Part shown: positions 27,679-38,113 of the stretch, in pieces
How the letters are laid out: each line of letters begins with the position of its first letter
Numbering within the stretch: position 1 is the stretch's first letter
NCBI GenBank assembly: GCA_040081095.1
Contig: JBEBHO010000124.1
Coordinates: 4,641 to 68,640 of the forward strand
Length of the DNA stretch: 64,000 nucleotides
Reading direction: 5' to 3'
DNA from: Nitrospira sp.
GTDB lineage: Bacteria; Nitrospirota; Nitrospiria; Nitrospirales; Nitrospiraceae
Position numbers and translations under genes: made by a program
Notes under the pieces: model-generated
The model's input: the letters and a program-made list of their open reading frames with translations, nothing else
Told to the model about the DNA's origin: nothing
The model's database searches: none

Positions 27679-27708
27679 CCCGGCCCCCTGCAACCGCAGG
27701 GGGCCGGG
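27679..27708. terminator. Strong hairpin between convergent genes
   Basis: CCCGGCCCCCTGC-AACC-GCAGGGGGCCGGG, perfect 13-bp stem. Confidence 0.75.
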
Positions 27709-27786
27709 GAAATAATCCAGGGAATGATGGTGGAAGGTTAGTAACATGGATGGGGGAGGAGCGAATGAGCCAAGTAGCACAAACAA

Positions 27787-28521
27787 TCAGTGTTCTGGCA
27801 CAACCTTCAGACGCTCTTCGGCATAGTGAGTTAGCGCTTCATATCCCTTCTGAGAAATATGGCTACCATCAAGCTTTGACAAATCTCTTCGCCTCACGCC
27901 CTGTTGATCAGCAAGGGCTGTCTCAAAATCTAGGAGTTGGATCTGTTCACGGACAGCCAGATCACGAATCCACCGGTTTGTCTCTCGAACATGACCGTTG
28001 ACATACTCTTGATAGCTTGCTTTACCCAGCAAGCTGCCGACCAAGTCTCCGATTGTTTCCTTCCATCCATCTCTTCCTCGAATTGTCACTTCCGTAGCCA
28101 GAATGGGAACGATGCCGGACTTCTTCGCCGAATCCACCATCGCCTGCATACTCTTCCGAGTACGGTCCAACGTCTCACGTATCTTCGCCTGGTCTGAGCG
28201 AAAGATGTCATTGATGAATCCCCAGATCAAAACCGCATTCGGGTTCAGCACCACCACATCGATTTCAAAACGCGCCAACATTTCATGCGACTGCTGTCCG
28301 CTAACCCCCTTGTTAACCACCCGATAGCCCCCAACCGGCTGGTCCGACAGCCAACCTCCTGCATAGGACGCTCCGAGAATCACAAGCGTCTTCGCACTCT
28401 CTTTGTTTGAGCCCATGCCAGTACTTCCTTTCAACACAGCAGATTCCGCACCACCAGCGAGGAATGGCGCGAACAACCCCGCTGCACACAATACGATTGT
28501 AACCTTCAAAAAACTGAGCAT
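27787..28521 (-). CDS. SGNH/GDSL hydrolase family, exported
   Basis: Signal peptide; block I LGASY, block II NKGVSGQ, block III GFINDI, DGSH. Confidence 0.9.
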   Translation of the reverse strand: MLSFLKVTIVLCAAGLFAPFLAGGAESAVLKGSTGMGSNKESAKTLVILGASYAGGWLSDQPVGGYRVVNKGVSGQQSHEMLARFEIDVVVLNPNAVLIWGFINDIFRSDQAKIRETLDRTRKSMQAMVDSAKKSGIVPILATEVTIRGRDGWKETIGDLVGSLLGKASYQEYVNGHVRETNRWIRDLAVREQIQLLDFETALADQQGVRRRDLSKLDGSHISQKGYEALTHYAEERLKVVPEH

Positions 28522-28551
28522 GCGTCTATAGCTTCTGTTGTCGTGGCCGTC

Positions 28552-30606
28552 TCACGCCTTCGCCCGCTCGACGACCTGCGAGGCAAGAGTCGTATCGTAC
28601 CGTTCGGAGGCGAATGCGGCGGCGATATCGATGGGGGTCTTGCCACGCAGAACGATTCGCTGGAGAAGAATAAGCATCGGCGACAGCAACGACAGTATGA
28701 TCGCCGGCAGCCAGATCGACTTAAGATCCGGACGTTTCTTCAGCAACAGTGCGAGCAATTCTTCTCGTGTGGGAGCAGTTGGCTCCACAAGATTGACGAC
28801 AGATGGTGCGGCATCGATATCCTGCACTGTCGACCGAATCACTTTGGCAGCGGTCCCCACGTCACACAGGCTCAGTCGGCTGGACCGAGGCCCCACTGCA
28901 ACATAGACGGTTCCCAACTCACGCCCGAGTCGTCCGGGCGGTTCGTAATCTGAAAAGTCGACCAACGGGCCTGGCCTTATGACTTTTACCGTCAACCCAA
29001 GTGCAGGCCCCTGCTCCATCACCTCACGCTCCGATTCGGCCTTGCCCCAGACATAGGGCCCCCGGGCCAGATTGCCGGCATCCACCGGCGTCCGCTCATC
29101 GAGCGGCCTCCCCATCTCTTTACCGGTCTTCAAGATCCCCAGGCTACTGATGTGGATAAACCGCTTGACCGAGGCCTTTGCCGCGTTATGGAGAAGATTC
29201 TTTGTCGCCAGGACCGAGTTCCGTTCATGAGCCTCTTTGCCCCCTGCAGTCTCAGCCGCGCAATGCACAACGGTCTCCACTCCTGATAAGACAACCCGGT
29301 CGAAGTCTCCGCCAAGATCTGCGCCTACATACTCAACCCCCGCCTGTCGCTCCGAAGGAGGAGGGACACGCCGCCCAAGGGCTCGTACCGGCCAGCCGCA
29401 TCCCCGAAGCTCGGCGACGACCGCACGGCCCAGCAGCCCCGTTCCTCCAGTGACCAGCACGCGACCTTTCGTCACATCGGTCGGCGGAAGCTGTCGCTCG
29501 CGAGCGGCCAGGTCCGCTTCTGCTCGTACTTCATATTCCGCCTTGGCGCTGCGAAGCCGTTCCCCGACCTGCTCACAGAGACGAACCGTCTCACGGATGG
29601 AAGAGGGAGATAACGGCGGAGGAGTGCCCTGGCGAACACTGTCATAGAAGGCTTCGATCAGCTCGGCCAGTCCTGGATATCCCTTCCCTTTGTTCAGAAT
29701 ACGTGAGGCAAACCCCCGAGTCGATCCAAACAAAATCTGCATCCCCTCCCGATAGGGATTGGAGAGAATCCCAACGGCGGACGTGCCAGGTCCCGGCAAT
29801 TTCGTGAGCGCGCCCCTGACAAAATCAGCACGAAGTGATCCGTTGGTCCCCACCACTCGAAGATACGAATCAATCGGACGGCCTCGCAGCGTGACGACCA
29901 ACACCCCCGTGGTCTCGCCTGCCTGCAGAATGGCATGCACTTCCCCTTCAGGCCTGACCAGCATCGACTGCAGCTGCGGTGCTGCCCCGTCAGCCCCTCC
30001 GAGTGCATCCAGGAGGGTATAGACAGGATGCGGCAAAATATCGAGCAGTTGATCAATCGGAGACATCAAGGATCGCCCGTCGTTGGACTTCCTCACTGGT
30101 TTGAAGGAAAAGTAACTTTCCACGTGAACCACACGACCGATGAGCGGAAGCGCCGCCGCCAAGGCTCGCGCCGGCGACTCGTACAACAACTGGTGCCCGG
30201 CACAGACCGATCGCCCCGCGCGCCGTGCGGCATCGAGCACCGCCTCCGTATCGGCCAGTCGAAGCGTAAACGGTTTTTCGACGTAGACGTGCGCACCGTG
30301 TGAGAGGCACAACATCGCCAACTCGGCATGGGTTGCAGGTGGCGTCGCGATATGAACCACTGTCGGCTTGACCGACTTGAACAGGTCGGAAACGGATGTA
30401 AAAAATGGCACATCCTTGGGTACCAGCCCATCCAGTTTAGATCGATCACCGGAGGGATCGGCCAATGCGATGATGCGTCCGGCGCCATGCGCCTTAATGG
30501 CTTTGGCGTGATGCACACCCATCTTGCCACAACCAATAAGAGCGACATCTACTGGTATCTGTGCGTGACCTTGTTGTCCCATGTCTGTCAATTCTCGGTT
30601 TATCAC
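28552..30606 (-). CDS. Fusion of Gfo/Idh/MocA oxidoreductase and NAD-dependent epimerase/dehydratase
   Basis: N-half IGCGKMG, ATPP-TH, VYVEKP; C-half VTGGTGLLG, HCAA, HISS, YVWGK, IRPG. Confidence 0.88.
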   Translation of the reverse strand: MINRELTDMGQQGHAQIPVDVALIGCGKMGVHHAKAIKAHGAGRIIALADPSGDRSKLDGLVPKDVPFFTSVSDLFKSVKPTVVHIATPPATHAELAMLCLSHGAHVYVEKPFTLRLADTEAVLDAARRAGRSVCAGHQLLYESPARALAAALPLIGRVVHVESYFSFKPVRKSNDGRSLMSPIDQLLDILPHPVYTLLDALGGADGAAPQLQSMLVRPEGEVHAILQAGETTGVLVVTLRGRPIDSYLRVVGTNGSLRADFVRGALTKLPGPGTSAVGILSNPYREGMQILFGSTRGFASRILNKGKGYPGLAELIEAFYDSVRQGTPPPLSPSSIRETVRLCEQVGERLRSAKAEYEVRAEADLAARERQLPPTDVTKGRVLVTGGTGLLGRAVVAELRGCGWPVRALGRRVPPPSERQAGVEYVGADLGGDFDRVVLSGVETVVHCAAETAGGKEAHERNSVLATKNLLHNAAKASVKRFIHISSLGILKTGKEMGRPLDERTPVDAGNLARGPYVWGKAESEREVMEQGPALGLTVKVIRPGPLVDFSDYEPPGRLGRELGTVYVAVGPRSSRLSLCDVGTAAKVIRSTVQDIDAAPSVVNLVEPTAPTREELLALLLKKRPDLKSIWLPAIILSLLSPMLILLQRIVLRGKTPIDIAAAFASERYDTTLASQVVERAKA

Positions 30607-30718
30607 GGACTATTGAGCAATTCCCCCCTGAGGAGTTGCCCTTAACAGCTCGAATAAATCCAATCGTCCCTTCTATTGTTAACTACTGCTTCACTCTAAT
30701 GTATTTCCGCACATGACT

Positions 30719-32563
30719 CTAGCAATGAAACGTTTCACGCCAGACATGAAGATTCAACGCCGTCCACAACAACTCTGAATGGTCATGCGTGCTCGACCGA
30801 TGCTCCGTCACGATTCGACGGAGTGCTCCACGATCGAACAGATCAGGGTCGGCCTGGTCGGGAAATTCCACAATCCGTGCCCCCATCCCCTCGTTCGACC
30901 GGAACCAGCGATCCAGCGGAACGCCAAAACCAGACTTGCGCCGATCGACGATGTCTGCTGGCAAGAACGTCCGCGCCACATCCTTGACAATAGCCTTACC
31001 GACCCCTCCTCTTAGCTTGTACGCAGTCGGCAGCCGATTCGCGAATTCAACAATCCGATAGTCCATAAATGGAACGCGCGACTCGATACTCGCCGCCATG
31101 CTCATCTTATCCTGCCGATTGAGGATGGAAACGAGGAAACATTCCTGGTCGAGGAGCGACAGACGGTCAACCGCATCCAATCCCAAATTCTCCGTTCCCT
31201 TGAGGCAGGCCTGTCGATACTCGAGATTCGCGCCGAGTATCCGCGGACAAACGGACGCCACCACTTCCGAACGCAGGACACTCGTGTTGTACATCAACGT
31301 CTCCTCTGGAGAGCAGGCGACATAGCGATCGAGCTTGTTCACTCGATGATCACGGGTCACACGGCCCCATATCTTCAACAAGCCCCGTATGGCGCCAGGA
31401 ATACGCCGATACATGGATGCAATCCTTGGGATCCGATAGCGGGGATAGCCGGCGAATAACTCATCCGATCCCTCTCCGGTCAGGACCACCGTGACATGCT
31501 GCTTGGCCAGACGGCTTAACGCATAGATTTGAATGGAATTGGCAAAGTTCAGGGGTTCGTCGTTATGCCACACCATCCGAGGAAAGAGCTCACTGAACTC
31601 AAGATGGCTAAGAGTCAGCGGGTGATGAATCGTTCCATACTTGTTTGACACGATTGCTGCATAAGCACTCTCGTCATATTCTGGTTCGTCGAATCCGATC
31701 GAAAAGGTGTTGACCGGGCCTCCCTTGAGTTTCGACGCTATCGCGGTCACGAGACTGGAATCGACCCCGCCGCTGCAAAACGTCCCGACCGGCACATCGC
31801 TGATCAGTCGTAGCTTCACGGAATCTTCAAGCAAATCCGCAAAGGCCTGTCGTGCGTCCTCATAGGTCATCTGCAGCCGGTCGCCGGAAGGCCTCGGAGA
31901 CCAATACTGCGCGATCTTCGTCCGTCCGGCGCGAAGCGTCAGGGTGCAGCCAGGAGGAAGGCTCATGACGTCGCGGAATAGGCTCTCTGGACCGGCGACC
32001 TGACGAAAGAGCATGTACTCGGCCACGGCCTCTTCCCGGCAACGAGCAGAAATCATCCCGCTCGCAAGGACCGCCTTGATTTCTGAGCCGAAAATGAAGC
32101 CACCCGGCGCAGAGGCATAATACAGAGGCTTCACACCCATGCGATCCCTGGCAAGAAATAGTTGGCGGCGTTTTTTGTCCCAGATCGCAAATGCGAACAT
32201 GCCGTTCAACGCATGGACACAGGCCTCTCCACGCTCGGCATAGAGATGGAGAATCACCTCTGTGTCGCTCTCGGTCCGAAAGCGGTACCCCTTCGCGATC
32301 AGCTCTTGCCGCAATACCCGGTAGTTATAGATCTCTCCGTTAAATACGATACAGAGCGACCCCTCTTCGTTCGACATCGGCTGGTGCCCGCCTCCGAGGT
32401 CGATGATGCTCAGCCGACGCTGTCCGAGCCCAACAGGACCATCGAGATACAGACCCGCGTCATCAGGCCCCCTGTAGGCGAAGATGTCTCGCATCTTCGC
32501 GATCAGGTCCTGCTCACATCGCCTTGCAGGATCAGCATAGACCAAGCCGACTATGCCACACAT
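30719..32563 (-). CDS. asnB: Asparagine synthase-like glutamine amidotransferase (EPS amidation type)
   Basis: MCGI, RGPD, RRLSIIDL, FNGEIYN, ARDRMGVKPLYY, SGGVDSS, LTGEGSDELFAGY, ESRVPFMD. Confidence 0.95.
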   Translation of the reverse strand: MCGIVGLVYADPARRCEQDLIAKMRDIFAYRGPDDAGLYLDGPVGLGQRRLSIIDLGGGHQPMSNEEGSLCIVFNGEIYNYRVLRQELIAKGYRFRTESDTEVILHLYAERGEACVHALNGMFAFAIWDKKRRQLFLARDRMGVKPLYYASAPGGFIFGSEIKAVLASGMISARCREEAVAEYMLFRQVAGPESLFRDVMSLPPGCTLTLRAGRTKIAQYWSPRPSGDRLQMTYEDARQAFADLLEDSVKLRLISDVPVGTFCSGGVDSSLVTAIASKLKGGPVNTFSIGFDEPEYDESAYAAIVSNKYGTIHHPLTLSHLEFSELFPRMVWHNDEPLNFANSIQIYALSRLAKQHVTVVLTGEGSDELFAGYPRYRIPRIASMYRRIPGAIRGLLKIWGRVTRDHRVNKLDRYVACSPEETLMYNTSVLRSEVVASVCPRILGANLEYRQACLKGTENLGLDAVDRLSLLDQECFLVSILNRQDKMSMAASIESRVPFMDYRIVEFANRLPTAYKLRGGVGKAIVKDVARTFLPADIVDRRKSGFGVPLDRWFRSNEGMGARIVEFPDQADPDLFDRGALRRIVTEHRSSTHDHSELLWTALNLHVWRETFHC

Positions 32564-32608
32564 ACGTCTGGTTCCCTTCTCTTCAAACCAATGGAAGAAC
32601 TGGCCCGG

Positions 32609-34015
32609 TCAGATACCTAGTGGAACGTAGGAAGTCACCCATTTGAACTTTCCGTTTGCCGCCGGTTCTAGCCGGTCCACCATCTGCACCTCAACCCGGA
32701 CATCCTGCCCCAATCGGGCCTTCAACTCGGTGATCAGATGGTGCGTATGCTCCGGTGTATAGGTCGGACCAGGAATGAGTTTCACGATCACGGTCTGACA
32801 ATCCGTTTGCACGATCTGCGATCCTTCGATGCAATCAAGCGGTTTGAACGGATGCGTCAACACAGAGGGCGAGATCAGCCGTCCGTCTTTCAAGGTGAGC
32901 ACGTCTTCGGCCTTCGTCGTCACGTCATCCATGATGTTCAAACCACGCCCACAGGAACAGCCCTTCTCTCTCAGGCTCGTCATGTCATTCGTCACGTAGC
33001 GGATCAGCGGCATGGCCATATTATGCAAACTCGTCCCAACCAGTTTCCCCACAGTGCCGAGCGGAGCGGGATGCCCTTGCTTGTCAACGATCTCCGAGAC
33101 CCCGTATTCCATCGCCAAATGATGGCCTTCATGCCGCTCGCACTCGCTGGAAAAGACCACCCGCTCGGCCAGCGCATAGTAATCGAACACGCGACAGGCA
33201 AACCGTTCCTCTATCACCTGCCGTTGAAAATCGTAGAGCGTTTCGGACGACGTAATCACGGCGCGAAGGGGAAAGGTCTCGCCCCGGCTTTGCAGAAACT
33301 TGGCGAGCACATACAGCGTCGAGGGATACCCGTCGAGCAGCGCAGGCTGGAAACGGGCTAACGCATCGAAGTACGCAGGAAGATTTTGCTTCGAAAGGTG
33401 AAACGACGACAGCAACATCTGGTTGTGGCGACGGTTCATCCGCCAAAATGGCGGCCCCTTCTGTTCCAGCGGCACAATGACATTGCCGCGAGCCACTCCA
33501 ATTCGATCTCCATCCCGGGCCAGACGGCACCCTGCCCATCGATAATGCCGATCGAGTGCCGCATAGGCCATCCACACATTATCGGCATCGTACCCGACGG
33601 TCAGAGGAGTGCCGGTCGTCCCGCTCGTGTGACCGGTCCGCATCGACCCGCGCGACACACTCCTGGAACGTAAGTCCTCGAAATGGGCTCGGACATCGTC
33701 GCGAGTCAACAGCGGCAACTTGGGCAAATCACCCTGGCCTCGAATATCGGATGGTTTCAACTTGCACTCGTCGAACCGGCGGCGGTAGAACGGAACCGTC
33801 TCATAGGCATGCTTTACAATGGTGCGAAGCCGTTCATCCTGATAGGCTTCCAACTCGCTACGCGAAAACCACTCAGCCTTGGCTAACAGATCTCGGAATT
33901 CGCCAAATCGCCCGGCATACCGTTCTCGGTCGAGTAAGGTGCTGTATCCCGTCAAAATCAGGTTCTGTCCCCAGACAGGGGCCAAACTGTAGAGCGCCGC
34001 TAAATAGCGATTCAT
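32609..34015 (-). CDS. Phenylacetate-CoA ligase/CapK-like adenylate-forming enzyme
   Basis: HAYETVPFYR, TSGTTGTP, GYPS, MPLIRY, NGKFK. Confidence 0.88.
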   Translation of the reverse strand: MNRYLAALYSLAPVWGQNLILTGYSTLLDRERYAGRFGEFRDLLAKAEWFSRSELEAYQDERLRTIVKHAYETVPFYRRRFDECKLKPSDIRGQGDLPKLPLLTRDDVRAHFEDLRSRSVSRGSMRTGHTSGTTGTPLTVGYDADNVWMAYAALDRHYRWAGCRLARDGDRIGVARGNVIVPLEQKGPPFWRMNRRHNQMLLSSFHLSKQNLPAYFDALARFQPALLDGYPSTLYVLAKFLQSRGETFPLRAVITSSETLYDFQRQVIEERFACRVFDYYALAERVVFSSECERHEGHHLAMEYGVSEIVDKQGHPAPLGTVGKLVGTSLHNMAMPLIRYVTNDMTSLREKGCSCGRGLNIMDDVTTKAEDVLTLKDGRLISPSVLTHPFKPLDCIEGSQIVQTDCQTVIVKLIPGPTYTPEHTHHLITELKARLGQDVRVEVQMVDRLEPAANGKFKWVTSYVPLGI

Positions 34016-35244
34016 CGCGCTTTCCCTCTGCTCTCCATTGCTCGACGATACGCATCCAGGAGCTGCCCACCGATCGTGCGCCAGGAGTACCGCCGCTCGA
34101 CCAATTCGCGAGCGGCGCGCCCTAACTCAAGTCGTCGACTTCGATCTCCCAGCAACATGACGGTATTTTCCGCAAACTGTTGCGGGGTATCGCCCACCAA
34201 TAGATGCTCGTCGGGGCGAACGTCGAGGCCTTCGCAACCGATCGAGGTCGAAACCATCGCTTTGCCCATGGCCATCGCATCTAAGACCTTCAAACGAGTC
34301 CCGCCGCCTACGCGCAGAGGCACGACATAGACTGATGCATCCCGGACCAGCGGACGAATATCGGACACATATCCCGTCACCACTATTTGAGGATCAATTG
34401 CCGCCAGCGCAACGAGATCCTTGGGCGGATCTTGACCGACGGCAAAGAACCGCACGTCCGGCACTCGCTGCTTGATTAAGGGCCAAATGTCCTTCAGGAA
34501 GAACATGACGGCATCGCGATTCGCAAACATATTCATGCCGCCCGTATAGATAAGCGCCGGAAGATCACTCCCTTGACTCGGCGAGAAGTACTCAATATCG
34601 ACCCCATTGGGGACAATTGCCGTGCGCAGGGATGGAACTCTCTCCATGAGGGTCTTCTCGTCCGTGTTGGACACAAACACATTGACGTCAAAGGTCCCCG
34701 ACATCGCGGCTTCGTACGCCAGCAGTTTCTTGGTTTCCCGCTGCAGATAGAGTCTCGCGAGCAGGCTGCTCTCAGCTCCAGACCTACGCTCCATTAACTG
34801 TGACTCAATGTTGTGATGGGTCAAGACCGTGGGAATCTTCCATCGTTTATCGATAAACTGAGCCAGCGCAATGGTATCGACATGGATCACATCGAAATCA
34901 TTCGTCGCAATCAGTTCAGCCACCCGCCGACGAAACACCGACGAGCAGTGCGCCAGTACACTGAACGGCATCGGGGACAAGGCAGCCGCCACCAGACCCG
35001 CAATCCGATGAGTGGACGATTTCTTCGGCCAGAGCGAGAAATAATCGACGGACTTACAATGCTTTTGCAGCGCCAGGCGGCTCTTCTCGACCGCCGCATC
35101 GTTGGGCAGCACATCCGGATGGACGAACGCCAGCAAATGCACTGCGGCTTCACGGCCCAACTCTCTAATGAGGTTATACCCGCGCTGGAGCACCCCGCCA
35201 TGCGGCGGATACGGCACGATCTGTGATAGAAAGAGGACTTTCAT
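34012..35244 (-). CDS. GT4 glycosyltransferase (PEP-CTERM/XrtA-associated type)
   Basis: PYPPHGG, HNIES, VPNGVD, PLRVGGGTRLKVLDAMAMG, RYSW. Confidence 0.92.
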   Translation of the reverse strand: MKVLFLSQIVPYPPHGGVLQRGYNLIRELGREAAVHLLAFVHPDVLPNDAAVEKSRLALQKHCKSVDYFSLWPKKSSTHRIAGLVAAALSPMPFSVLAHCSSVFRRRVAELIATNDFDVIHVDTIALAQFIDKRWKIPTVLTHHNIESQLMERRSGAESSLLARLYLQRETKKLLAYEAAMSGTFDVNVFVSNTDEKTLMERVPSLRTAIVPNGVDIEYFSPSQGSDLPALIYTGGMNMFANRDAVMFFLKDIWPLIKQRVPDVRFFAVGQDPPKDLVALAAIDPQIVVTGYVSDIRPLVRDASVYVVPLRVGGGTRLKVLDAMAMGKAMVSTSIGCEGLDVRPDEHLLVGDTPQQFAENTVMLLGDRSRRLELGRAARELVERRYSWRTIGGQLLDAYRRAMESRGKAR

Positions 35245-35332
35245 CGCATCATATCCACATACGGAGTCTTATAGGCTTTTCTCATACCTTCGACGATGTA
35301 ACCCCTGTCTACTGTTGTTTGAACCGACTCCC

Positions 35333-35541
35333 CTAGCAGGCTGTAGACAAACTACTTGCGCACTGTGGAAACGTGGGCACCGGAACAAGCATAGACACTT
35401 GCAACCTTAGTCGCAGGATGCGCAGAAAGGCCTTCCAGCAAGTCTGCGGTAAGCAAATAGGCGAAACATACTCTCCGCCGTACATTGAGCCTCTTAGGGC
35501 TGCGAGCATACCATTCGGAGACTTTGTCAACAGCCTGCTAG
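35333..35541. mobile_element. MITE-like element (~200 bp) with terminal inverted repeats and CTAG flanks
   Basis: CTAGCAGGCTGTAGACAAA ... TTTGTCAACAGCCTGCTAG (18/19 match); non-coding; a second degenerate end-like motif GCAGGATGCGCAGAAAGGCC at ~35413. Confidence 0.75.
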
Positions 35542-35590
35542 ACAGCCACAGAGTCCACATCACCAATCTAACCGCATATCATGCTACTAA

Positions 35591-36767
35591 GGAAGGTCTG
35601 ATTTATTCACGTTTCCACTTGGAAATCTGTTTTTGAGGTAGTCACCAGAAGAAATCCGGTACGCATCCGCTGGTCCAGGAGCCTTTTTAGGGGCGCCCTC
35701 ATCCTCCGATGGCCCGCTGCCCACCTCCGGATACACATGCTCTACGTTCCCGCCACGAGCCGCCGCCGCGCGACATACAGATTTGCCAACCCGCAGCTGA
35801 TATGCAGCCAGTGGGTATTCTTCGCCAACCCGCGGTAGCGGACTTTGGCCCAGCCGAAGATTCGCTTGATCACCAAGAACGCATGTTCAACCTTTGCCCG
35901 GACCTTCGACTTCGTACGATTCCGGGTTCGCTCCTCCTCACTCAGTGGCCGATGCCGATGCGCTTTCGCCTGGATGAAACTCTTGGCCTTGGGTGCGTGT
36001 TGCCGAATCACGTCACGTTGCCCCCCATAAGCCGAGTCGCCCCACACCCGCGTCTCTTGACCATGCAGCAACTCCGGTAACACTTGGCTGTCATGCACAT
36101 TCGCCGCCGTGGCCGCGACCGAATGAATCAGCTTGGTCTGGCTATCCACACCAATATGCGCCTTCATGCCGAAGTACCACTGATTCCCCTTCTTCGTCTG
36201 ATGCATCTCGGGATCCCGCTCCTTTGTCCGGTTCTTCGTCGAACTGGGCGCACTGATGATCGTCGCGTCCACGATGGTGCCTCGGCTCACCTGCAGCCCC
36301 TGCTTCGTCAGATACTCCCCGATTCGTGCAAAAAGTTGCTGGCCCAACCGGTGAGTTTCCAACAGGTGTCGAAACTTGCAGATCGTGGTCTCATCGGGCA
36401 CGGGCTCGCGGCCCAGATCAATCCCGACGAACTGCCGCATGGCACGTGAGTCGTACAGCGCCTCTTCCACGGCTGGGTCTGACAGGTTGAACCACTGTTG
36501 CAAGCAATGGAGGCGCAGCATCCGTTCGACCCCGACCGGTGGACGCCCCGGCCCGTCGGCTTTGGGATACACCGGCTCGATGACCGTCACCAATTCCGCC
36601 CACGGCACCACGCGATTCTTCTCGTCGAGAAACCGCTCGCGGCGGGTGGATTTGTGATACTGCTCGAAGGTGACTTCTGCAAAGGTCTGTTGGTGCATGA
36701 GCGTGTCTCCCGTTCAGTGCTGCATTCCTCATAGCACATCACCAACGGGGAATAAATCAGACCTTCC
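35591..36767 (-). mobile_element. Intact IS5-family (IS5 subgroup) element
   Basis: Perfect 18-bp IRs GGAAGGTCTGATTTATTC; CTAA target duplication at 35587-35590 and 36768-36771. Confidence 0.96.
35742..36698 (-). CDS. IS5 transposase
   Basis: QQWFNLSDP, PDETTICKFRH, VDAT, FGMKAHIGVD, WGDSAY, RAKVEHAF, RYRGLAKN. Confidence 0.96.
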   Translation of the reverse strand: MHQQTFAEVTFEQYHKSTRRERFLDEKNRVVPWAELVTVIEPVYPKADGPGRPPVGVERMLRLHCLQQWFNLSDPAVEEALYDSRAMRQFVGIDLGREPVPDETTICKFRHLLETHRLGQQLFARIGEYLTKQGLQVSRGTIVDATIISAPSSTKNRTKERDPEMHQTKKGNQWYFGMKAHIGVDSQTKLIHSVAATAANVHDSQVLPELLHGQETRVWGDSAYGGQRDVIRQHAPKAKSFIQAKAHRHRPLSEEERTRNRTKSKVRAKVEHAFLVIKRIFGWAKVRYRGLAKNTHWLHISCGLANLYVARRRLVAGT

Positions 36768-36837
36768 CTAAGTTGCAGAGCTGTCCCCCCTCATTCGCAA
36801 GCCTCGTTCATGTATGAATGGTATTGAATCGCTTGCG

Positions 36838-38109
36838 TCATGCGTGCGCTCCCCGATAGAAAATCGAGTGGGCATTCTCAGGTTTGTCGGCACCAACCTT
36901 TTCTGCAAACGACTTCTTACAGATATCCCGGCCACACTCTAACAACCCCGCCAGCACATAGATGTGCGGATAATATGTCCCTGAGAGAAATGCACCGCCT
37001 ACCATGAAGGCAATCAGGCTCGCGTTCAGCGCAATCACCAAATCCCGTCCATTACTATCACCGTTCGTCAATTGAGACCTTGCCCTCAACAATGTCCGTC
37101 TGTTCTGTCGAAGATTCGATAGTATCAGGCCGAGCAAAAAAATAATTCCAGGGAATCCTAATTCGCCTAGCACAAGAAAATATGATGAATGGGCCGTTTG
37201 CCATGGAATTTCGTTCAATCCATATCCTTCTGGTTTATAATCCGCTCCATACTTGACTGGGTAGTGTCCTACTCCGACGCCAAGAATCGGGTTGTTGATC
37301 GCCATTTTGGCCCCTGCTTTCCAGGCTAGAATCCTACCTTGAGCGGATCCTTCCATCTCATCGCCGGTTTGAGTTAATGTCGCCATCCGCCCAAAGAATT
37401 GCATCGGAGCGACCGCGAAAACTAACAGGATCACGATTACAATCCCAGCGATCCCCAATATCTTTCGATCACTCTTGAGCCAATAATAAAATCCTACGCT
37501 TGAGAGGGCCAGGATGCCTCCCCTCGACTGCGTAGCCACCACAGCGAATATCAGAAGGATTAGAATCCCAGCAAAGAAAAGCTTCCTGAACATCCCCTGT
37601 GAGGACAACATCAGAAACAGACAAAACGGAATCGCGACATTCACCGACAAAGCGAAATCGTTACCATCCCCGAGAAATCCACCCGATGCGATATAATGCC
37701 GCTCCCCATCACCAGCAAACAACTCCGGAGTCAGGAGTCCGATGACCATATGGACCAAGATCAGCGTTGTGAGAACTCCTTTCATCCTGTCGAAGGTATA
37801 TATTTCTTTCTTGATTATGAAAAACACGATGCAATAGCCGAATACCCGTTCAAACACATCGAGCGCATAAAGCTTGACGTCACAAGTCAACGCTGAAACG
37901 ACGACTAAGAATAGAAAGTACAAGAGCCAGCGTGCATTCACGCTGCTCAAGGCTTCGGACACCGTCACTTGCCCCTTGCTCACCAGTGCACCTATGAGCA
38001 CCGAGAGCGGAACGATCGAGTTTAAATGCAGAGCATTTAACGCAGGGATATAACTTCCCGGCCGAATGTAATCCAATACGAAGAAGAGAAGAAGCCCGTA
38101 ATACACCAT
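36838..38109 (-). CDS. O-antigen ligase/Wzy-like polymerase family membrane protein
   Basis: Multi-TM; GDGNDFAL, TQSRGG, SAQGRILAW, PILGVG, AHSSYFLVLGELGFPG. Confidence 0.9.
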   Translation of the reverse strand: MVYYGLLLFFVLDYIRPGSYIPALNALHLNSIVPLSVLIGALVSKGQVTVSEALSSVNARWLLYFLFLVVVSALTCDVKLYALDVFERVFGYCIVFFIIKKEIYTFDRMKGVLTTLILVHMVIGLLTPELFAGDGERHYIASGGFLGDGNDFALSVNVAIPFCLFLMLSSQGMFRKLFFAGILILLIFAVVATQSRGGILALSSVGFYYWLKSDRKILGIAGIVIVILLVFAVAPMQFFGRMATLTQTGDEMEGSAQGRILAWKAGAKMAINNPILGVGVGHYPVKYGADYKPEGYGLNEIPWQTAHSSYFLVLGELGFPGIIFLLGLILSNLRQNRRTLLRARSQLTNGDSNGRDLVIALNASLIAFMVGGAFLSGTYYPHIYVLAGLLECGRDICKKSFAEKVGADKPENAHSIFYRGAHA

Positions 38110-38113
38110 GATG

